Source of the DNA: Armatimonadota bacterium
Lineage (GTDB): Bacteria; Armatimonadota; UBA5829; DTLH01
Length of the DNA stretch: 64,000 nucleotides
Direction: 5' to 3'
NCBI GenBank assembly: GCA_039680575.1
Contig: JBDKSP010000050.1
Coordinates: forward strand, 10,535 to 74,534
A program made the translations under genes and the position numbers. Positions 1 through 9,978 of the stretch are shown in pieces. Position 1 is the stretch's first letter, and each line of letters opens with the position of its first letter. A model generated the notes under the pieces. It searched no databases, had not been told where the DNA came from, and saw nothing but the letters and a program-made list of their open reading frames with translations.

Positions 1-213
1 CGGACGCAGCGCCAGCACAAAGGCGTCTTCAAAGAACAGAATATTGCGCAATATCGATAAAAGTTTGGAGAACATATCCCTGATATCGAGCGGTTTGGTA
101 AGGACCAGGAGCGCCTCCAGTATGCAATCGCATTCCCTGCGCCGCTGCATCTCGGCGTCTCTGGCTCTTTCCAAATTTATCAGGGCTTCACGCAGATCCT
201 CTTCCCTTTTCAT
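1..213 (-). CDS. 5' part of a sensor/signal-transduction protein (NahK-like N-terminal helix), truncated by the window edge
   Basis: Not in the ORF track. Open frame from ATG at 213 (AGGTGA RBS upstream) to base 1: MKREEDLREALINLERARDAEMQRRRECDCILEALLVLTKPLD...FEDAFVL. Lies 20 bp downstream of the FIST gene and resembles N-termini of kinases/cyclases encoded next to FIST genes (recalled, not searched). Confidence 0.6.
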   Translation of the reverse strand, partial: MKREEDLREALINLERARDAEMQRRRECDCILEALLVLTKPLDIRDMFSKLLSILRNILFFEDAFVLALRP

Positions 214-233
214 CTCATTTCACCTACTGATTT

Positions 234-1436
234 TTATCTACCGAATACCAGCGTCGAGACCATCAGGTTTCCATGGCAGTTTTCACCACCACGGAAACAG
301 CCCTGCTCGCCATAAGTAAATGCACCGAGGAGTGGTTTTCCTCCAGTGTTGTTGTTTATTGCATCTACTACAGAGGGTATTTCATCCTTTATAGCGAGCA
401 TATAACCAGCGCAGTATGTCAGAAATACTCCACTGACTTCTGAAGCTGACAATGATTTGCTATCCATAGCTGTCTGTACAGCTCTACCAGCTCTTGGGAT
501 CAGGCTCTCTTTAGTGCCGAACATCATGAACAACCTGTCGCCTTTATTGACTTCCGCAAGCATGGTCATCGAGTTATCTTCTTTGATGATCTCCGGATTT
601 ATAGAATATACCAGGCGGTAATACGGCATATCACCGACATCGCCGACTATTTTTCCAAAAGGATAAAGGTCCGTTGCCTCCAGGACATTACCGCCGGATG
701 ATACGAAGTCCTGAATGGCTTTATCGACCCATTCGTGGTAGACAGTCGCGGCAGGGCGGTTATCTATTTCGTAGAGGATTCTGCCTTCACATCGTGTTAC
801 TATTCCGCTGATATCTGTAGGGGTATAACCGCTGTAGAAGGCATAACCGACCGGCGCGGAGGGGAACATCACTGCCACAGACAGCGCGTTATCATAGACC
901 CGACCGTTGGCAAACTGCTGGTTCGGTTTGGAGAAATCATCATCCGCTGAACTGCCTCCTATTATAGGGACATCAGGGCCGACAACATCTTGTATTCCCT
1001 GGATTTGAATCTCTTCATAACCCGGTTCAGCAATCATAATGACCAGTTCCGGTATCTCTCCAGGCCTGCCGGACTCCCTAAGCGCTTCGGTTACGGCAGC
1101 AGCGGCTGATGCAAAGGAGTCTTCTCCTCTTGGTGCAGCGCCTACTCCATAGCTTCCTGCTTTATCACAGATCCCCCACAGTCCAAGGGCTCTGCCGCCG
1201 TCGCAACGGGGTCCTTCCTCGGTTATTATACCGGCGCAGGAGGTCCCGCCGTGGGTCTGTGCATCAGGAGCAAGTTTTTTCAGTGTCGCCATTAGCTTTT
1301 GGCTGTCATAAGCAACCGATGTGAACACCATAATATAATCAGGCAAAGACTCCAGCCGGTCTACCAGCGTGTTGAATGCTTCAGTGACTGCGCACTCTGC
1401 ATCAGGCGCAGTTGACCAGGAACTTGCTATCTTCAT
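234..1436 (-). CDS. FIST/FIST_C domain sensory protein (NosP-like), copy A
   Basis: GGTSC, IGGSSADD, ILYEIDNRPAA, GAFTYGEQG and HGNLM motifs typical of FIST proteins; GGAG RBS upstream. Confidence 0.85.
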   Translation of the reverse strand: MKIASSWSTAPDAECAVTEAFNTLVDRLESLPDYIMVFTSVAYDSQKLMATLKKLAPDAQTHGGTSCAGIITEEGPRCDGGRALGLWGICDKAGSYGVGAAPRGEDSFASAAAAVTEALRESGRPGEIPELVIMIAEPGYEEIQIQGIQDVVGPDVPIIGGSSADDDFSKPNQQFANGRVYDNALSVAVMFPSAPVGYAFYSGYTPTDISGIVTRCEGRILYEIDNRPAATVYHEWVDKAIQDFVSSGGNVLEATDLYPFGKIVGDVGDMPYYRLVYSINPEIIKEDNSMTMLAEVNKGDRLFMMFGTKESLIPRAGRAVQTAMDSKSLSASEVSGVFLTYCAGYMLAIKDEIPSVVDAINNNTGGKPLLGAFTYGEQGCFRGGENCHGNLMVSTLVFGR

Positions 1437-2696
1437 TACCTAACTCCAAATTTACTTGCTGTTGTTTTTACTTAACTGCCGAATACCAGTGTTGAGATCA
1501 TCAGGTTTCCGTGGCAGCTTTCACCGCCAAGGAAACATCCTTGTTCGCCGTATGTAAACGCGCCGAGGAACGGTTTTCCTCCAAGAACGCCATTAATCCC
1601 ATCTACTACTTGCTGCAGCTCATCTTTCATTGTAAGCATACTGCCGGCGCAGCATGCCATAAATACTCCACTGACTTCTGAAGATGACAGCGCTCTACTC
1701 TTCATAGCTGCTTGTGCAACTCTACCTGCCCTGGAAAGAAGACTCTCTTTGGTGCCGGACAGCAATGACAACTTCTCACCTTCGTTAACATTGGCGAACA
1801 GGGTCAATGACCCATCCTGTTGAACAGTTCTCAGGCTCACCAAACTATAATATGGTACATTGCCGACGCTACCGAGCAGTCTTCCGATTGGAGCCATGCT
1901 CGCTGCCGCCAGGGCATTACCACCAGTCGGCAGGAAATCGTGGATGACTCCGTTAGTCCATTCATTGTAAACAAGCGCAGCAGGTCGGTTATCTATTTCG
2001 TAAAGGATTCTGCCATCGCATCGTGTTACCGTTCCGCTGATATCTGTCGGGCTGTAGCCACCGATGAAGGAATAACCGACCGGTACGGAGGGGAACATCA
2101 CTGCCACAGACAGTGCATCATCATAGACTCGGCCGTTGGCAAACTGGTGCCAGTGTCCGTCGATGTTGTCATCCGCTGAGCTGCCCCCGATTATGGGAAC
2201 ATCAGGGCCGACAACATCCTGTATTCCCTGGATTTGAATCTCTTCATAACCCGGTTCAGCAATCATAATGACCAGTTCCGGTATCTCTCCAGGCCTGCCG
2301 GACTCCCTAATCGCTTCGGTTACGGCAGCAGCGGCTGATGCAAAGGGGTCTTCTCCTCTTGGTGCAGCGCCTACTCCATAGCTTCCTGCTTTATCACAGA
2401 TCCCCCACAGTCCAAGGGCTCTACCGCCGTCGCAACGGGGTCCTTCCTCGGTTGTTATACCGACACAGGAGGTCCCGCCGTGGGTCTGTGCATCAGGAGC
2501 AAGTTTTTTCAGTGTCGCCATGAGCTTTTGGCTGTCATAGGCAACCGATGTGAACACCATAATATAGTCAGGCAAAGACTCCAGCCGGTCTACCAGCGTG
2601 TTGAATGCTTCAGTGACTGCGCACTCTTCATCAGGCGCAGTTGACCAGGAACTTGCTATCTTCATTACCTAACTCCAAATTTACTTACTGTTGTTT
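940..2696. repeat. Tandem direct duplication, ~940-1467 vs ~2169-2696 (offset 1229 bp), including the 5' leader/RBS
   Basis: Near-identical nucleotide sequence over ~525 bp. The leader 'tacctaactccaaatttactt(g/a)ctgttgttt' is present in both copies. Confidence 0.9.
1472..2665 (-). CDS. FIST/FIST_C domain sensory protein (NosP-like), copy B
   Basis: Same motifs as copy A; the N-terminal ~165 aa are nearly identical to copy A. Confidence 0.85.
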   Translation of the reverse strand: MKIASSWSTAPDEECAVTEAFNTLVDRLESLPDYIMVFTSVAYDSQKLMATLKKLAPDAQTHGGTSCVGITTEEGPRCDGGRALGLWGICDKAGSYGVGAAPRGEDPFASAAAAVTEAIRESGRPGEIPELVIMIAEPGYEEIQIQGIQDVVGPDVPIIGGSSADDNIDGHWHQFANGRVYDDALSVAVMFPSVPVGYSFIGGYSPTDISGTVTRCDGRILYEIDNRPAALVYNEWTNGVIHDFLPTGGNALAAASMAPIGRLLGSVGNVPYYSLVSLRTVQQDGSLTLFANVNEGEKLSLLSGTKESLLSRAGRVAQAAMKSRALSSSEVSGVFMACCAGSMLTMKDELQQVVDGINGVLGGKPFLGAFTYGEQGCFLGGESCHGNLMISTLVFGS

Positions 2697-2854
2697 CAGA
2701 GGTCTCCAAAACAGCTAAAGATCCTCAAAGATGAAGGATACTAAGGGGACTAGCTTGTATTATTATTGGATTATCTTCTTGAATGTATTAGGGCAAAGCC
2801 TGTTCTTCTCTGATACAATACCTGCCTAGGGCGGGTATGCTGAAGTAATGAAGC

Positions 2855-5323
2855 ATGGGGGCACAAACGATGGAGTATGGTCACTATTCGGAAGATGGGC
2901 GCGAGTTTATTATCACCAGGCCGGATACGCCGAAACCCTGGGTCAATTGTCTGACTAACGGGAGCTACTGCGCGCTTGTTTCTCAGACCGGAGGCGGGTA
3001 TTCATTCATCGGCGGGCCTGGATATGACCGAATTACCCGCGCTGGTCCCGACATCATAGCATCGGACAGGCCTGGGCGGTATGTTTTTGTAAGAGACAAC
3101 TCGACCGGCGAGTTTTTCAGCATTGGTTGGCAGCCGGTAATGCGCGAGCCGGACAAATTCGAGTGCCACCATACTCAAGGTGTGACAACAATCGCTTCGT
3201 CATATCTTGGAATAGCCGGGCAGATGGTAATTTTTGTACCGATGGACGATAACATGGAGGTCTGGCGCGTAACACTCGAAAATGAGCGCGATGATCCCGC
3301 CGACCTGTCTATTTTTACTTATGTCGAGTGGGTTTTAGGCAATTATTCCGACGATCTGGCACAGAGGCAATCATCCGTCCGATTTAACCAGGTAACTTTT
3401 GAGGATAACTGCATACTGGCGACGAAGCGGATGTGGAGGCGGCCTCAGTCGGTAAGCTCTGCAGTGGTAGATGTCCGGCGAGGCAGCCGCAGGCATTCGC
3501 CAGAGGTAATAAGCGCCAACCAGTCCTGGGGCAAGTATGCATTTATCGCTGCGACTGTGCCGGTCGATGGTTTCGACTGCGACCGCGAGGCGTTTGTCGG
3601 CCGTTACGGGGAACTCTCATGCCCCAGGGCAGTGAAAGAAGGCAAGTGTTCGAACTCAGACAGCAATGGACGGGACTCGGTCGGGGTAATCGAAACCCGG
3701 TTCATCATCCCGGCGCGGGAAAAGGTGAATTTCGGTGTGCTTGTGGGGATTGCGCTTCACGCAGCCGATCCGTCCGGTGTGGTCGCCAGGTACAGCGAGC
3801 CGGGCGAGGTAGAATCGAAGCTCGACGAAGTCAAAAATTACTGGGACGATTACCTTGCCAGACTTATCGTAAGCACTCCTGACCCGCATTTCAACCGATC
3901 GGTCAATATCTGGGATAAGCTGCAGTCGTGGGTGTTCGTCGAGTCGCCCGCAATGCCATCTTTATACCGCGGAGGCGTTTCGGTCGTGAACTTCAAAGAA
4001 AACTGCTTTGAAGTTCTTGGCGTGCTTCCGATGGACCCTGAGTTTTCCAAGTCCTGCCTGGCTCAGATACTCAGACATCAATACCGCGACGGGAATGTTG
4101 CACACCGTTGGGAGGTAAGAAGCAATGCGGGAGTCCGCTCAGGCTATCCTGATGACCCCCTCTGGCTCGTTTTCGCTCTCACGAGCTATCTGAGAGAGAC
4201 AGGCGATACTGAATTTCTCAATCAGGCAATTTCGCACTACTATGCACGTGGTGGTGATACGGTATACGGCCACATGGTCCGCGCCATAGAGTTCTGCCTC
4301 TCACGGTTGAGTCCTCGCGGGCTCTTTCTCCTCGGACCGGGTGATTGGAACGAGTCGCTCGATCAGGTAGGCCATGAAGACGGGGGCGAAAGTGTGCTGA
4401 CAACGATGATGCTCGCAGGTGCGCTTACCGAAGCTGCGGAAGTAGCCCGGATAATGGGAGAGCGATCGAGAGCTACAGCCTGGGTCACCCACGCGCGCAA
4501 CTTGAGAGGCAGGATCAACAGGTTTGCCTGGGACGGCTCCTGGTACATCCGTGCCATAACCAGCCAGGGCAGCCTGATAGGAAGCTCGTTGAACAGGTGT
4601 GGTTCGATTTTTCTGGAACCTCAAGCATGGTCTGTAATTTCAAAGACCGCTTCGAATGAACAGGGGATAACCGCTATGAACAGCGTAAAGGAACGGCTGG
4701 ACACGCCGTGCGGTCCTGCTCTCATTCAGCCGGCTTACGAAATACCCGATAGAACGATCGGCACAATCACCAGATTCTCGCCAGGGCTCGCGCAAAATGG
4801 CGGGGTATTCACTATCTCCGCATGTTGGGCGGTGATGGCGGAATGCATGCTTGGGCGCGGCAACAGGGCATACGAAATCTATCGAAAAGCGCTCGGCGCG
4901 GCAAGGACAGCCGACCAGGAGCATTATGAAGCCGAACCTTACCTTTATCCTGAATACATGGAGGGCGCAGATTCCGGAAAACCGGGCTGCGGGCGTTTTA
5001 CATGGACTCAAGGGGCGGCGTCATGGGCCTGGAGAACGTGCATCGATTGGATCTGCGGCGTAAAGCCGGACTACCGCGGGCTGCGGATAGACCCATGCGT
5101 TCCTTCAGGCTGGCAGGAATTTACGGTAATTCGCCCGTTTCGGGATGCCGTCTACAGGATTGCCTTCGAGAATCCCGACGGCGTGGAGAAAAGAGTGCGG
5201 GAGATCACTGTTGACGGTAGGAGAGTAAATCCACACAGTCCCATCCACGACTTCCGTGACCGTAAAGTCCACGAAGTCCGGGTCATTATGGGAAATGCAC
5301 CTGCTGCGGGAACTAAACCATAA
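2855..5323 (+). CDS. GH94 (cellobiose/chitobiose phosphorylase-like) homologue with substituted active-site motifs
   Basis: YGHYSEDGREFIITRPDTPKPWVN, SQTGGGYS, DRPGRY, DDPLWL, GDWNE, WDGSWY, AEPY, DPCVPSGW match GH94 architecture. Confidence 0.85.
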   Translation: MGAQTMEYGHYSEDGREFIITRPDTPKPWVNCLTNGSYCALVSQTGGGYSFIGGPGYDRITRAGPDIIASDRPGRYVFVRDNSTGEFFSIGWQPVMREPDKFECHHTQGVTTIASSYLGIAGQMVIFVPMDDNMEVWRVTLENERDDPADLSIFTYVEWVLGNYSDDLAQRQSSVRFNQVTFEDNCILATKRMWRRPQSVSSAVVDVRRGSRRHSPEVISANQSWGKYAFIAATVPVDGFDCDREAFVGRYGELSCPRAVKEGKCSNSDSNGRDSVGVIETRFIIPAREKVNFGVLVGIALHAADPSGVVARYSEPGEVESKLDEVKNYWDDYLARLIVSTPDPHFNRSVNIWDKLQSWVFVESPAMPSLYRGGVSVVNFKENCFEVLGVLPMDPEFSKSCLAQILRHQYRDGNVAHRWEVRSNAGVRSGYPDDPLWLVFALTSYLRETGDTEFLNQAISHYYARGGDTVYGHMVRAIEFCLSRLSPRGLFLLGPGDWNESLDQVGHEDGGESVLTTMMLAGALTEAAEVARIMGERSRATAWVTHARNLRGRINRFAWDGSWYIRAITSQGSLIGSSLNRCGSIFLEPQAWSVISKTASNEQGITAMNSVKERLDTPCGPALIQPAYEIPDRTIGTITRFSPGLAQNGGVFTISACWAVMAECMLGRGNRAYEIYRKALGAARTADQEHYEAEPYLYPEYMEGADSGKPGCGRFTWTQGAASWAWRTCIDWICGVKPDYRGLRIDPCVPSGWQEFTVIRPFRDAVYRIAFENPDGVEKRVREITVDGRRVNPHSPIHDFRDRKVHEVRVIMGNAPAAGTKP

Positions 5324-5387
5324 GCAATAACATAGATACTCGCATGTTTTCCGTTCCAGCATATAAAAGATTCCCTTATACTGTCGC

Positions 5388-5544
5388 AAGAGTTCAGAGT
5401 TGATGAGTATAATATCATGTTGAACGAACACTACGTCATGCTGAGCTTGACTCAGCATCCAGGAAGAAAATGGACCCTGAATCCATGATGACGTGTTGAT
5501 TATTCAGGTTGATGTAAGCTCTCTCATTATGAGTGAATTCTTAC
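5388..5544 (+). mobile_element. MITE-like palindromic element, family A, copy 1
   Basis: Aligns end to end with the reverse complement of 39141-39300. Ends are aagagttca...tgaattctta; internal hairpin atgctgag-cttga-ctcagcat. Confidence 0.75.
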
Positions 5545-5638
5545 ATACCGTCTGTAATAATCACCGCGAACAGCCTATAATACCAGCAGAGCTTGAATTT
5601 TAAACAAATAAGCATACAAGCTTTTGAGGTGATGTATT

Positions 5639-8600
5639 ATGGGCAGGATGCCACGTCTCTTTCTACTTATTACTTTAACTTTCACTTTGCTGTATACGGC
5701 TACATACGCTCAACGGCTGCAGCCAGTTCAAAACAATGACCGGATCCGTCAGCGGATAGAGCGGTTTCAGGGTTTGTCTCATGCCATGCAGGCTGCTGGC
5801 CCCTGGCTTGGGATCAATTTGAAATACCCATCCAAAGATGCGGGTATTACCGGCGCTCTTGTGGGCGATGTAGCCGTGAACTCACCAGCCGATGCTGCCG
5901 GAATCAAGATCGGTGACGTAATCACCAATTTGAACGGGAAGGACGTTAAATCGGCAGACGATCTCACCAGTGCAGCCTCAACCCTTGAGAAAGGTAAGCC
6001 ATACAAGATCACTTTCCGACGTGGAAGCGAAAGCCTGACAGTGGATATTACACCCCAGGAAAAAGCTGCCACGATTTCGGTAAAGCGGAAACTGGCGGAC
6101 ATCAATGTCCTCAAATATGCCGTAATAGACCCCACAAGTCACGTGATCACCCTGATCGGCAAATACGATCCAGTCTATAAAACAGGTTCCATACCTTACT
6201 ATGACCTTTTGAATGATGCCATGGAGAGTCCTTATCCCTGGTTTTCTCTTGAACCGACCGATGAGACCAAAAATGGGGTAAAAAAGGTCCATTCCGCCAT
6301 AAGCGAAGACGTAGCGCGGATGTATTCCGATTCCAGCTACTGCAGCACATGGACTATGAATCTGCTGAATATGATTCTAAATGATCCGACCCTTTCGAGT
6401 GACCGCGCGGAGTTTATCAAAAAAGGCGCTGAGGCGTTCAATATCAGCGAGCCTGAAATGCTGATGATACTCCAGAACTCAGCAGCCGGCACGACCAGTG
6501 ACGAACTGATACCGGTACTCGGCAAGGTCCTGTTGGGTATGGGTTATACTCAAGTCGGCCAGTCCCTCCTGACACATAACAATGACTCACAGCAAGCCTT
6601 TCAGTTACTTGGAATAAGCACGGAATCTTCAGATATCATCTCGAAATTCCAGTCGGGTGAAATGTCTAGGGAAGAAGCAAGCCTGAAGTTAGCGGTACTC
6701 TTGGAGTCTGCTATTCTCCGCGGCCTGAATATACCGGAGTCGGAATACGAACCCAAGGCAAACGCAGTGCTTAATGGCCGTATGGACGTAAGTGAGTACT
6801 TGAAGTACACGGAGCAGAAAGTGACGGATATAGTTGTAGACGGGGTAGGACTCAAGATGTTCAACGGCCTCACACTGTCTCACAAGCTCCTCACTCGGCT
6901 CTACAATGTCCCGACTCCGCAGATGGATCTCGTCTTCAATGGTGTTCCTGCCGGTTCTTTACTTGGAGATGTTCTCTTTAGGGCTGATTATGCTCTGAAG
7001 TCGGTCTGTACGAATCCGGAAGTGAAAAACAGTATACCGGGGTTCCAAACGGAAATGGATTATATGTATGACTCTTCCACGAAGACCGGAATTCGCATAC
7101 CGGGGGATGCCGGGGCGGAGGTAGGCCATCGTCTGATACCGGGAGAGGTCAAGATGCGAGTATCGCCATCCGGGGATGTAGTCACGTTCGATGAGGCTAA
7201 CGTCAAAATCATCGGATGGCTGATCGGGACGACCGGTAAGAAATGCACCACGGAAGTCGCGGGCTTTATGAAGAGTTCCGCGGAGGGCTACAGCGATTAT
7301 CTGACCCAAAACTACGATCAGCTTGCGAAAGTTTTCCCTGAGCTTCATCGCATCCGAGAAGCTGAGAAGCTGATAGCTTTCGCGCGGTGGGCAAAGAAGA
7401 ATGGCTACAGTATAGTTGTGGACAGAGCGACAGGCATCAAGATGGCGCAGTCCCCGACTGCTGTCGGGTTCTGGCAGGCTGTATTTACAGCGGATCAGAA
7501 AGAGTTCAGCCTGACCATCATAACCGAGGGCGGCGCATCATTCGGTCAGAGCGAGGGCGAAGAATGGGTCAAGCCGAATGTCGACAGAGAAGTTACTTCC
7601 GATGTATCGAAGCAGCTCGTGATGAGCGCGGTAATGGCCAAACAGGCTGCATTGGATGCCATTGACGGCAATATCGAGGCTGCGCGCGATATGGCGGATA
7701 AGAGCGCCCTTGCAATGACCGGCGACATTGATTTCACCAAGCTTCCAACGCTGGAAGACTTGCCGCTTCCTTCCGATCAACCGGCACAGTCGGTTGTCTT
7801 GTCCAATGAAGCCGTATCGGCAGTAGATGAGAACCTGAGGAAGATCGAAGACGCGAAGATCACTATGGCAAAAGCCGATGAGCTGCAAAATGTCTCTCCT
7901 AAAGAGGCGGCAGTGTTCCGCGAGGAGGCTGAAGCCCAGACCCGTCAGGCGAATGCAAACCTGCAGGGTATCCGCGATGCGATGGATTCCATAAAAAATG
8001 ATCCCATACACGTCGGCGATGTAGCCATAGCAATCCATAATCTAGGCGGTAAGGTCACACCTGCATCTATTGTTGCGTCTAATCCGTCAAATACGAGCGG
8101 TACAGCAGCGCAGACAACCGTAAACGGCCAGGATATTGCTGTAAAACCGGCCGGGGATGGTGGAATCACTCCTGAACTCAGAAAGAAGTATCTAGCGCAG
8201 CTCGAATCACTCCAAAGTCAGCTGGAAGCGACGAAAGCGCAGCTCCAGAAGCTCAACAAGTCTATTCAACAGGACCAGAAGCAGTTCGATGACTGGGAGA
8301 AGGTCGCGCAGGACGGAATGGACAAGTGCAGCAATTTCCTCTACGGCCTGCTGATGGATGCAACTGCTGGTCAGCTCTCGGACCGATATGAAGAAATGCA
8401 TAAACTCGCGGAAAAGCTGCCGAACCATCCAGAGGACCTGATTACCAGGTTGAACCATATTAAGAACTGGTTCAAAGCCATGAAGTACACTCAAACGCTC
8501 AAGGATGTTTCGGACGTAGCCGCAAGAGACGGCGAAACCCTCCAGGAACTTCTGGAGGAAGTCCGGGACGATCTGAATATCATCGTCGGCATCACGCCTC

Positions 8601-8815
8601 TTGATAAGACGCTTCCTGGCGCGCTCTGGAAATACGGCAGCAACGTCGCCGATATGGCCTACAGCTACACAGAGTTCTCAGCCGCTTATGACCGCATCAA
8701 CCAGCTGGATAAGAACAGCGACGACTATCTGAAGGCTGTGAAAGCGCTTTCCGAAAGAATGAAGAAAGTTGTGGACCAGATCAAAGACCTCAAGTCGAAG
8801 CTGGGCATCCAGTAA
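5639..8815 (+). CDS. Large secreted protein: signal peptide, PDZ domain, DUF1598-like middle region, C-terminal coiled coil
   Basis: Hydrophobic N-terminus ending in ATYA. PDZ motif WLGI...SPADAAGIKIGDVITNLNG. VPAGSLLGDVLFRADYALK resembles DUF1598 (recalled). Heptad-rich QLESLQSQLEATKAQLQKL. Confidence 0.65.
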   Translation: MGRMPRLFLLITLTFTLLYTATYAQRLQPVQNNDRIRQRIERFQGLSHAMQAAGPWLGINLKYPSKDAGITGALVGDVAVNSPADAAGIKIGDVITNLNGKDVKSADDLTSAASTLEKGKPYKITFRRGSESLTVDITPQEKAATISVKRKLADINVLKYAVIDPTSHVITLIGKYDPVYKTGSIPYYDLLNDAMESPYPWFSLEPTDETKNGVKKVHSAISEDVARMYSDSSYCSTWTMNLLNMILNDPTLSSDRAEFIKKGAEAFNISEPEMLMILQNSAAGTTSDELIPVLGKVLLGMGYTQVGQSLLTHNNDSQQAFQLLGISTESSDIISKFQSGEMSREEASLKLAVLLESAILRGLNIPESEYEPKANAVLNGRMDVSEYLKYTEQKVTDIVVDGVGLKMFNGLTLSHKLLTRLYNVPTPQMDLVFNGVPAGSLLGDVLFRADYALKSVCTNPEVKNSIPGFQTEMDYMYDSSTKTGIRIPGDAGAEVGHRLIPGEVKMRVSPSGDVVTFDEANVKIIGWLIGTTGKKCTTEVAGFMKSSAEGYSDYLTQNYDQLAKVFPELHRIREAEKLIAFARWAKKNGYSIVVDRATGIKMAQSPTAVGFWQAVFTADQKEFSLTIITEGGASFGQSEGEEWVKPNVDREVTSDVSKQLVMSAVMAKQAALDAIDGNIEAARDMADKSALAMTGDIDFTKLPTLEDLPLPSDQPAQSVVLSNEAVSAVDENLRKIEDAKITMAKADELQNVSPKEAAVFREEAEAQTRQANANLQGIRDAMDSIKNDPIHVGDVAIAIHNLGGKVTPASIVASNPSNTSGTAAQTTVNGQDIAVKPAGDGGITPELRKKYLAQLESLQSQLEATKAQLQKLNKSIQQDQKQFDDWEKVAQDGMDKCSNFLYGLLMDATAGQLSDRYEEMHKLAEKLPNHPEDLITRLNHIKNWFKAMKYTQTLKDVSDVAARDGETLQELLEEVRDDLNIIVGITPLDKTLPGALWKYGSNVADMAYSYTEFSAAYDRINQLDKNSDDYLKAVKALSERMKKVVDQIKDLKSKLGIQ

Positions 8816-8854
8816 GCGCAGTAAGTGGTCATTTGAGGCATTGAGTCTGCTTGT

Positions 8855-8883
8855 TTGGCGTCTTTCGATAACTCATGTATAAT
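8855..8883 (+). promoter_or_regulatory. Sigma70-type promoter for mscS
   Basis: TTGGCG-17 bp-TATAAT upstream of an AGGAG RBS. Confidence 0.55.
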
Positions 8884-8958
8884 GGAGTCGGTAGTATAAA
8901 CGACTTCAAAAGGGCTTCATTCGTTTTACGAATAAAGCCCTTTTGACATAAGGAGCCT

Positions 8959-9978
8959 TTGGTGACACAACTTGCAAGAGAGCTTATCGTTTCGGGCTCG
9001 ATATTATTCATAACGATCTTCATCGCAGCGTTAGCCGCCAAGATGCTTGCGCGGGCTTCGCGCGGGTTCCTCAAGAACGATAACGAGCTTATGTGCAGCT
9101 TCACGAGAGACTTGAGAGTTCCCGTCGGAGGTTTGATACTGATAGCGGGCATGTATACAGCGCTCCTCAGGTCAACCGCATGCTGGTCATCGGTGGTTAG
9201 GAACGAAAAATGGTTTGTCGCAGCGGCAACGCTTCTAGTGGTGTATGCTATCTCCAAGGGTGCGAGCCTTGCGATCAGGTGGTACATCAAATCATACGGT
9301 GACCCCACTCCTTCAAGCCATTCATCCGTGTATTGCAAGGTCGTTGTATTGGCGATCTGGGTATTTGCAATTGTCCTGGTACTGGACCAACTCGGATACA
9401 AGATAACGACGATCATTGCCGGACTGGGAATCGCCGGTCTTGCTGTCGGTCTCGGACTTCAGGATACCATCGCGAACTTATTTTCCGGTTTTTACCTGAT
9501 GGTGGACCGCAGCGTGCGCTCCGGCGACTATATCAAGTTGGATTCCGGGGTAGAAGGGTTCGTGGACGCCGTCGGCTGGCGAAACACCAGGATACATGTC
9601 TGGTCAAACAATCTCGTCCTTGTCCCGAACTCCAAGCTGATCCAGAGCGTTATCACCAACTGCACCTTGCCGTCACCGAGCGTCTCCGTCTCCGTCCAGT
9701 GCAGAGTGAGCTACCAGAGCGATCTGGAGCAGGTCGAGCGGCTGGCAGTGCAGACCGCGAAGGAAGTCATAGAGCGAGTCCCCGGAGCCGATACCGGTTT
9801 TGAGCCGCTGGTCAGGTTCAAAGAGTTCGGTGAGTCCAACATCAACTTTGCTGTGACCATGCGCTCAGAGGATGTCAATACACAGTATTTACTGCAGCAT
9901 GAGTTCATGAAGGCGCTTCACAAGCGGTTCATCGACGAAGGTATCGAAATATCACTTCCGCGTTATAGCTGTCAGTAA
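8959..9978 (+). CDS. mscS: MscS small-conductance mechanosensitive channel family
   Basis: TM helices then AGLGIAGLAVGLGLQDTIANLFSG, GDYIKL...EGFVDAVGWRNTRI, VPNSKL, FGESNINF. Confidence 0.9.
   Translation: MVTQLARELIVSGSILFITIFIAALAAKMLARASRGFLKNDNELMCSFTRDLRVPVGGLILIAGMYTALLRSTACWSSVVRNEKWFVAAATLLVVYAISKGASLAIRWYIKSYGDPTPSSHSSVYCKVVVLAIWVFAIVLVLDQLGYKITTIIAGLGIAGLAVGLGLQDTIANLFSGFYLMVDRSVRSGDYIKLDSGVEGFVDAVGWRNTRIHVWSNNLVLVPNSKLIQSVITNCTLPSPSVSVSVQCRVSYQSDLEQVERLAVQTAKEVIERVPGADTGFEPLVRFKEFGESNINFAVTMRSEDVNTQYLLQHEFMKALHKRFIDEGIEISLPRYSCQ

Noticed and set aside
8829..9416. 195 aa minus ORF
   Set aside because: Antisense to mscS and its promoter.
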